Below are positions 45,781 to 54,750 of a DNA stretch of 54,750 bases, one piece after another. The DNA lies in contig NC_068991.1 of the NCBI RefSeq assembly GCF_001194135.2, forward strand, positions 6,336,606 through 6,391,355. The letters run 5' to 3'. The position numbers and the translations under genes were made by a program. The notes beneath the pieces are model-generated. The model saw only the letters and a program-made list of their open reading frames with translations. It ran no database searches and had not been told where the DNA came from. Source of the stretch: Octopus bimaculoides (Eukaryota). The first letter of the stretch is position 1; each line of letters opens with the position of its first letter.

Positions 45781-48700
45781 CTGAAAATAAAAAGTAAAAA
45801 TTGTTATTAAAGCAAAAACAAAAAAAGCAAACCCCCCAAAAAGCTACTTTTAAGCTAAAAACTGTAAAATCCAATGATTATAGGAGATATACGAAAAATG
45901 AAAAAGTTCCATTGATACTTTTGTTATATCTCTCACTTATTTCAGTCACTGGACAGTGGTCATGCAGGGGCACTGCCTTGAAGGGTTTAGCAGAGCAAAT
46001 CGACACTCACTTTAAGTCTAGTACTTGTATCAATTTCTTTTGCCAAACCGCTTAGTTACAGGGACATAAACAAACCAATGCTGATAGTCAAGTGGTGGTG
46101 GGGATAAATGCTAACACACACAGAGGCTTCCACAAAGTTTTTGACAATCAAATTCACCTACAAGGTTATAGTACAAGCTTCTTGCTCAAAGGGATGCACA
46201 GTGAGGCTGAACCCAAAAACCACATGGTTGCAAAGCAAGCTTCTTAACCACATAGCCATATATATATATATATATATATTTTTTTTTTTCTAGGGTTATT
46301 TAAAGAATACTCTAGCAATTATATAAATGCAGAAAAGTCTTTGGTAAACAAATAACCCACATATTCTGGACTGTCCTAAGATAACGTATCAAACTCCTGT
46401 TTGCCATTGTTCAAGCTGATTATAACCCTAGAACATATCTGTCACACAGGTCATTTTCTTATTTCAACACAGTTGTATTTTTTTTTATCACAACCGAATC
46501 AAAATGCAGGACTCAGTGTAACCTAACTAGTTGTTTGTGAACAAAATTTCACTCTAATTTCATTACAACTATTATCAGTGTTATTTCTTTTACTTCATTT
46601 CTTATGCATACCATTGTTTATATTTAATACATACAACTATTTTTTTTTTTAATTAATTTATATCCATTTTTCATAATGTTTTTTGTATATTCATTTATAT
46701 ATTATTGCAACAATTGTTTGTATAACTGAATGTTTGTCCTATTTCTGACCAGAAAATCCTAAAATACAAGCATTACAAGTTATGGAGTGATGGATCTTGC
46801 TTAACTACACAGAAAACTGGCTGTAAGTACTGAGTTCTTGTTCTTCTGCACACCTTTATTTTACAGATCTTTGTTGTAAACACATTTCCTCACAGACAAT
46901 TCTTAAATAACTGAAAATCAGACCAACTACACTTAAGGTCAAATATATTGTATTTAAATATTCAGAATTGTGATTTTGTTAGTTATAAACTCTTGGGAGC
47001 ACATGATGATTAATATTTAGCCTGCATTGCCAGAGCAGCTGTCTGGCTTCCGTGCTAGTGGCCCGTAAATAGCACCATTTGAGCATAATTGTAACCAGCG
47101 TTGCCTTCTAGCACTTGTGCTGGTGGCACGTTTAGAAAATCATTCTACAGCTGTTTCAGTTCCTGTTGAGTCTACTTTATGCTAACACATGAGAAAAGAC
47201 GACGACAATAGCCTTGTATGTCTAGTCATTGAAAATCAATAAATATAAAAGATAATACAAATCCTGCAACAATTAAACAGTATTCAGTATTGATCTATTG
47301 AAAAATTGGATTTTAGTTGCAGTTTTGCGACATAATCCCTCAGAAAATCTATTTTCCTACATCATCATCAGCATCGTTTAACGTCTGTTTTCCATGCTGG
47401 CATGGGTTGGGTGGTTTGACTGAAGTTTGGAGAGCCAGTGGCTGCATCAGGCTCCAATCTGATCTGGCAATGTTTCTACAGCTGGATGCTCTTTCTAACA
47501 CCAACCACTCCGAGAGTGTAGTAGGTGCTTTTTACGCACCACCGGCACAGGAACCAGTCAAGTGGGTCTGACATCAATCACGTTCAGAAAGTGCTTTTTA
47601 CGTGCCACCTACATGGGAGCCAGTCAGGGGACAAGTACCCCCATTTTCCTACCTCAGAAATTAAAATTAATTGCTTCCTGACAGAGAATTACATCGGTTA
47701 TGAACCTTAGGGCTAATAAAGCTGGATCTTAGCCCTGTTTCCATAGCACATGACTGAGATTGCAGCATCTTTACCCACTGAATGGGACAATGGTCCATTG
47801 CAGGATCAACCCATTGACAGCTGAGTGAACTGGAATAATGTGAAATGAAGTGTTTTGCTCAAGAACACAACACACTGCCCAGTCAAGGAATTGAAACCAT
47901 GATTTTACAACTGAGTGCAACACCCTAACCACTAGGCCACATGTCTGCACAACAGCTACCTGTAAAAAAAAAAAAAAAAAAATCTGACAGGAACTTCAAA
48001 GATGCCAAAGTGCTTCCCTGTCCTAAATAGCCACTACAACTACTTTTACTGGAATGTATATAGAATCAGATAATGATAAATTTTATGTAATTATAATGAG
48101 CTTATTTTAAGATAATTAAGTCACTTTGTGACAGGGGAAGTTGTAGTACTAGTAAGGGGGTGTGCACTGTAACAGCATGTTGCTACATCCACTATTTGTT
48201 GGCGATTCCCTACTCCTGGCGGAGGACACCTTTGCACCACTCAGACGACAACCCCCACAGCCCATGGGTCTATTTGGGTCGTCATTGCTGGTTATCTCAC
48301 CACAGTGGGGTAAGAATGATGAAAAAATTTAATTACATGAAAACTGAGATTTAAAAATAAATAAATAAATAAAATTATTACACAAATGTTCTTAAAATAA
48401 ATCACTTGTCTATTGAAACTATATTTGTTCATTTTTTCAATGCCCAGTTTTTCAAAGCTAGCATGGGTTTTGATGAGGATAGAGTCAATATTTTATGGTT
48501 ATTGTTTGTCCTGTTGCATTAAATGTTCAAATTAAAAATGTTGAGTCACTCAAACTGAATCTACTCCCCAACCAATTCTTTTACAGAAAGAGATTTTTCA
48601 ATATAATTTCAGATAAAGAAGTTAAACTGTAACAAATTCTGTATCTAGATTACATTCGTTTTTCTGATGCAAAGGGAAATAACTAAACAACAGCTTAAAA

Positions 48701-51700
48701 TCAATGCAAATTATAAAAGAATTCCCAGTAGATTATCTTGATTAAACTTTTAGCACTCAGATTACTGTTGAATGTAATGCTAATTGATTATTTTCAATTA
48801 ATCATGCATTGTCTCGTAGCTTTGACATTTTGATGATATGACTGCTCAGTTTTAGAATGACACTGTAGAGTAGGTGTGATAGGTCACATCTGGCTGTTTG
48901 AACATAAAACATAAAAAACAAGAATATTTGGGCCGGATATGGTCGGTTTAAATAGAATTATCTTATAGTATCCCATCCAGCATTGGGTCTCCTTTTAGAC
49001 ATTTGCATGGACAAGTGCTCCGTATGATAAAGTTATAGAAAATACTAAAGAAAGCGAGGGCTTAGGTTATGAAATTATACTGAGCTTTGGTACACATTCA
49101 GTCATATTTTAGCTCATTGATAACAAAATGTCCTGTTTATATTTTCAACCAAAGATTTTTTTTTAAATGTAGTCAAAGTATAAACGTATCTAGTTTAAGA
49201 AAAATTTCACCCATCCCTCTTGTAAGCTCACAACCCTAAGGGCAGTAGGTATGCTGTTATCCAGGTTAAAACTCACTGTTCTAAAACAACACTAACAGTA
49301 ATACATCTAGTACAACACTTTAAATGTCCTTTCAATTGTAGAAGTATAAAACCTAGTCAACTAGATTTCATTTCCCCCCCTAAAAATGCTAAGTAATCAG
49401 TAAATCATAGTAAAGATCCCCTTCAGTCATGACTGACCATCGGATTGCACTTAGAAAGTTGCCCTCTGAGGCACAAGTCCGGGCAAAGTTGTTTATGGAA
49501 GACCAGCAGTCGCCAATGCATACCAGCCTCCCCTCCCCATGCCACTGATGTTATCCAAGGGAAAGGCAGAGGGGCCAATACAGCTTGGCACCAGTGAAGT
49601 TGTAACTCATTTCTACAGCTGAGTGGACTGGAGCAATGTGAAATAAAGTGACTATACATCATTTTAATGCTGTTTATTTACTTAAAGCAAGTCAAAAATA
49701 CTTGCTTTTTAAGGATCCAAAAATTAAAAAAAGCATCCATGGGCCTAACGAACGGATGAGAAAGGAAGAACATCTCAGAAAAATACATTTAAAAGTTTTA
49801 ATCATTTTTTTCCTTAGAATAAATTCAATGTCAGGGGAGACAACCAAATTTTATTTTATATACAAAACTAAATCTAGTCTCGTATATACAATAGAAAAAA
49901 AATCGATATATTTATATAGAACTAAGTGGTCAAGGCCAAATGATCCAGAAGTACGCTTTACAATCACGAGGTTTTGCGTTCAATCCTTCAGCATAGCACT
50001 TTTGTTGTTGCCAAATGTCTTATAATAGATCCTTCAAGGCGACTAAAAGTGAAATCGAAGAGAAGGAAATTGCGTCGAAGCCTGGAATTCAGAAGTCCAA
50101 CCGCGTCACTGATTTGGCACGAGAACATTAAGCTATTTACGTTAATTTAACGAGTAGGTAGTTCAGTTGATATAACAACAATGTTTTTCCTCAAAATCCG
50201 AGAGAATCTAATCAAATATACAAGTTTTTAATTTCAAATTAAAAAGATAATTCAGGATTGTGTTGTGTAAATAATTCATCAAGGAACAAGTTTTAGGAAA
50301 GGACCAAAGTTTAGTTTCTCAAGTTGTAATAAAAGAAAAAGGTCTAGCAAACCCCCCTCATATATATGGCGTCACCTATTTGCTCAAACCTACACCTTAA
50401 ATTAAAAGGAAGAATATGAACATTTAAATGTCAATCGGCCAAAGGACCTTCCATTTATGAACCAACATGAAATAATTCCTAATATCATATTTGATGGCAT
50501 ACAAGACGCACGGGGAAAAATTATTTTAATGCAGTAAAGCACGAGAGACCCAACTTTGCATATAGGATCCGGGGTGATTTTTTGAGACATTTTTCTGGGG
50601 AAGGAGAGAGGGGATGGCGTATTGGATGTCATCAAATACAGTCAATTGTTACTTTGTATTATTTATGATAAGGGGCGTCGTTCACAACCATTGCAGGCTC
50701 TCAATGATTAGAGAAAACGATTGTTGTTCAATCATAAGATTCTGCAGGGAAAACATAGGCAAGAATGGAATTTTCGAGAAGTGCAAACGCAGTGAAGATT
50801 AGAAAGAATTAAATGGTTGTGCTTTGTTGGATGTATCCTAGGATGTTCGCGCTGGTGTATCATGAACAATATTGGGTAGCGTTTCATCTTTGCAGCTTAT
50901 GTACTTGGTACCGAATGACGAGACACGCCCCACACAAATCTATATCATTACAGATATTACATGTCCCCACCTGGTTGAGGATCATACTACATACTGTGAT
51001 GCGGAAGTTTACACGTATGGGGTGCAGTCTAGACGTCGATCTTCAGTGCTTATGTTTCTGTCCGCCTTTTGTCTACCCTCTTTAGATTTAATCCCGATTG
51101 AATGATTCATGGAAAAAAAAAGCATTTCAGCTACGATCAATTGTTTTTGTTTTTTTTTCCTTAAATATATCAAAGACAACGTTGTCCAATGTGTCTTTCC
51201 TTTATTTCAAGACTAACAGAATGAGACTTGATGGACTCTGGCTACTATTTCTAGCAAGCCATGGCCAAAGACAAGGTCAAGATCTGCACTTACTGATGAC
51301 ATGCTTATCTTTAGAGATAATCTTTTCTACTTTAAGCACAAGGCGTGAAATTTTATGGGAGAGCCAGTATTCAACTGGTACGTATTTCGTCGACCTCGAC
51401 GGGATGAAAGACAAAATAAACATCTAACTCGAATGTTTTGAATAATGAGAGGCAATGACATACAATGCAAATGGTTTCTTTTTTAAAAAAAGCGTTAGCA
51501 GTTAACTGACAGTTTATTTCTATATAGATTGAATATTTATTTTAATGAGCATTGGCGTTCCGTAATTCCTATTGTAAATATTGGAAGTTTACGTTTGGTT
51601 TCCGAATGATTACAAAAAAAAAGACAAAATTAATATAACCGGAACTGAATAAGAATAGTTTTGTCACTAAGTCACGTGTATGGCGACGCTAATATATATT

Positions 51701-52817
51701 TCCTAATACTTCCACGTGTTGTCGTGTTTGGATATCGTTTAAGTCCCACTAAAAAAATAAAGAATAAAAGAAAGTGTTGACCTTTTGTGTCTGTTTACTA
51801 TTTTTATGAGACACAGCTTCAAGCGCTTCTCTAACGAAAAAGTGCCTTGATTGATAATAGATGTCGATTTTGCGACACATTCGAAACGAAAGCGTCGAGC
51901 TGAATAACAGCAACATTAATAACTGACCGATGCCCTTCAAATAAAACCTTGCATTGGAAAAGTATTAGGACAAAAATCAACATTCAGAAAATACCCACAT
52001 ATATATCTTATTCACTGTTTATTCAATTGAAAGTGTATTTGTAATATTAAAATTAGTTTATTTAAAAAAAAAAAACTACAGTAAGCGGACACATCAAATA
52101 GGTTTAGCAACTTCCTTTTACATTAAGGAACCAGTGTGCCGTTTCAGAATTTCTTAATTTTTAAAATTTATATTATTTATATCTCAAAATTTTCATTCGC
52201 ATATTGACATTGATAGATAAGAAAAATTGTTACACCACAAAGAATGAAGAAATGATGTGAAAATGAGCAGAGATGTATGCACCGATTTATATTTTCACCT
52301 TAGAAACAAAGGAATTTTCCACTGTATAAACCATACGAAGTTAAATAATAAAAAGATTTAAAAAATGAATTAGAGAATATTGCTTAAATAAAGGAGATCT
52401 AAATCAGTAAACAACAGTTTTAGTCATATAAACTGCCTTTGAATCAGAATTTTGGAATATATTCAGTGTCTGAAAGATCCGCGTTGACCCTGGTATTAAA
52501 AGTATAGTAGATGTATAAAATAAGATCAGAAGAAAACTCCTAAATTAATAAATTGTATTATTAAAGAATGTTTTACCCAATTGTCAACAAAGAAAGATTT
52601 AATAATCTTTTTTTTCAATATTATTTTCGTTATTCTATTCCGTGTCCTTCAAACAATGACCCTGTCGCATTCAAAGTGATTAAAAGAGATGGATCAAACT
52701 TACCACTTTTGAAATTTTAACTCTTGGAGGTCCTGATATAATATTGGCTTTGGGAGCAGCAGATTTCTGAGCCATTAATAAAGACTGCCGGAGACTGTTT
52801 CTTAATACAACAGACAT
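45685..52817 (-). CDS. COX8: Cytochrome c oxidase subunit 8; join(52817-52704,45780-45685), 69 aa: MSVVLRNSLRQSLLMAQKSAAPKANIISGPPRVKISKV|EKFSLGALMVTLVCTPSGIILSNLKNYRKED*
   Basis: Basic/hydroxylated presequence, SGPP..KIS..EK motif, single TM ending P..IL.NL..YR. Phase-0 intron with GTG|GTAAGT donor and ttttcag acceptor. AATAAA at 45590-45585 on the minus strand. Confidence 0.9.
45935..46258 (-). mobile_element. SINE family A, diverged
   Basis: Recognisable head and tail. Confidence 0.7.
47360..47635 (-). mobile_element. SINE-like family C
   Basis: Consensus body. Confidence 0.8.
48742..48955. mobile_element. piggyBac-type MITE, same family as 19852-20081, inverted
   Basis: Shares the ccggccatatccggcccaaatattc and ctcacacctac...gtcattctaaaa segments in reverse orientation. 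Confidence 0.6.
49415..49650. mobile_element. Interspersed repeat family F
   Basis: Homologous to 38130-38385. Confidence 0.75.
52704..52817 (-). CDS. COX8: COX8 coding exon 1 (38 codons)
   Basis: ATG at 52817, consensus donor at 52703; absent from the ORF track because it is under 60 aa. Confidence 0.9.
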
Positions 52818-54593
52818 TCTTCACAGGTATTGATGTTTCACCTTGATTACAAAGAAGTTCTTATTAATGTCTGCTCTTATTGCTAATCTCGGGCTGAATA
52901 TTTTCCTTTTCCGGTCGGTATGATTAATATATAAAGAATAATAACGAATATTTTTATTTTTGTATGTAAATTAATAAATAGCGTAAATTTTTACTTATAC
53001 ATCTACATAAAATTATTTACTCGAACCTTCTTTTTTATTTTTTAAAATTATTTTGGACTATTTCGAGTAAATAGTTGACATATTTATATCTGTTCATTTG
53101 CTGCTGACTGACGTTTCAGTGGGTGATGATTGTGATAAGAGTCGAAGGGGGAATTTCTAGCTAAAAGCAAAAGTAAAATAGATAAGAAACATCTAACGGC
53201 AGGGAGAGAGTGTGGCCAAAAAGGGAAACAAGAAACTAATATAGTAAATAGAAAAATGGCTGACGGTGATGGGAGAGTCTGTTGCTGTTGCACGGACCCA
53301 TCTATGATCTATGTGTCCCTCAAGGAAGATGTTTTTGCCGATTTTGTGTGTTGGTCTGTGGCTGGCTGTTGATAAACCCCTGCGACTGTCTGACAGTTTC
53401 ACGACCCCTACAACTCTCTTTCCTCACAGATTGAAAGAGGAAATGAGCCGCTGTCAATGCCTGAGATTGCCGAAATACTCACTTTAATTAATCTCAATTT
53501 GAATATTATGAACTAGAATTAACCTGCTACTTATATTCAGATACCAAATCGAAATTCGAGCAGTGCTCGTTGCTACATCCCCACCTTAATTTTTACATCA
53601 GACTGTCTTTTTTTTGTATAGAAAGTCCTTTTTTTTTTTACCATCTCGTGTGGAACTGTTACTGAACTACGGTCAGGAATACCGCAATCTAAACCTGGTA
53701 AGTAGTAATAGCAATAATTTATTAGATTTACAATGTTTTTGTTGTTATTTCTTGTTTTGTTTCTTCATATCTTTCGCCTTTGAAGTAATAATATACCTTG
53801 CACACACACACACACACGCAAATAAACACACCAAGTATTTTCCGTCGGTATTATAGAATATTTCTATTTATTATATTTTCTCAACAAAAAAAAATAGAAA
53901 CCTCTGTTACGTTTTACTCTCTGACTTATTATTATTATTATTATTAAGATCTTTTCAATAAAATATTTCAGGCTTTTTTTATATATAAAAAAACGAAGAG
54001 ATCTGTATTTTAATTTTTTTTTTTTTGGTTCTAATGAGAATAATTAATTGGAGCCCATTGAGAAAATGAGGGAGCAGTTTGCAATGAATACACTGTATTA
54101 CATTGATCCCTCATTATATGTCATTTACCATTCGGGTTAAAATCATTTATTCCATTACTATGTTGTATCATTTATATAATAGCGCAGATTCTCATATCAA
54201 ACTATGTGAAAGATCTGCGCCTCAGATATATTTTTTTAAAAGGCAGATTTGTTATTCCTTTCATTAGTAACCTCACCGCCCCATAATTGCTGCTATCAAC
54301 CTCTTTTTCCCTAGATCCTTTCTTCCACCACCTTGGCGCCGGGCCTTCCTTAGTTATTAAGTGCATGTCTCCATCGATTTTTCATTTTCCCTTCCTATTC
54401 GTCGTTCTCAAGGGTTAATAAACCTAATTCTGCCACATCGACTCATTACTAACCCTAATATCATGGTAAAAAAAAATTACTACCCAGTCATTGTGTAAAA
54501 AATTTTTTTTTGTCAATGTCGATTCCTTATTTATTTAACTAAGCAGTTGATGTATATCCCTTGATATTAAATACACTAATTATTTAATAATTC

Positions 54594-54750
<157 letters not shown>

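Noticed and set aside
54182-54220. Stem-loop GCGCAGAT...ATCTGCGC upstream of COX8
   Set aside because: Only 8-bp perfect arms; not distinguishable from chance without conservation data.

Overview
AT-rich animal genomic DNA from a gapped draft scaffold with nine N-runs. The SINE and microsatellite content strongly suggests an octopus (inference, not verified by search). I reconstructed three spliced protein-coding genes by hand, all on the minus strand, with GT-AG boundaries and consistent codon phases: a PLD3-like lysosomal 5'-3' exonuclease/phospholipase D (9 coding exons, 11597->1363, 429 aa), DHRS7 (8 coding exons, 28441->19754, 322 aa) and COX8 (2 coding exons, 52817->45685, 69 aa). The rest is introns and intergenic DNA packed with tRNA-derived SINEs, MITEs (piggyBac-, hAT- and Merlin-like), mariner relics, a REL-endonuclease retrotransposon fragment, a probable solo LTR, and micro/minisatellites. 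There is no prokaryotic-type system and no CRISPR. The most interesting observations are: Ala at the usual catalytic-Ser position of DHRS7; a tandem duplication of the DHRS7 splice acceptor and start codon that creates an overlapping uORF; long fold-back repeats next to DHRS7 5' splice sites and beyond the PLD3 stop; and a telomeric (TTAGGG)4 grown inside a SINE A-box. Repeat boundaries are approximate unless a TIR or TSD is given.
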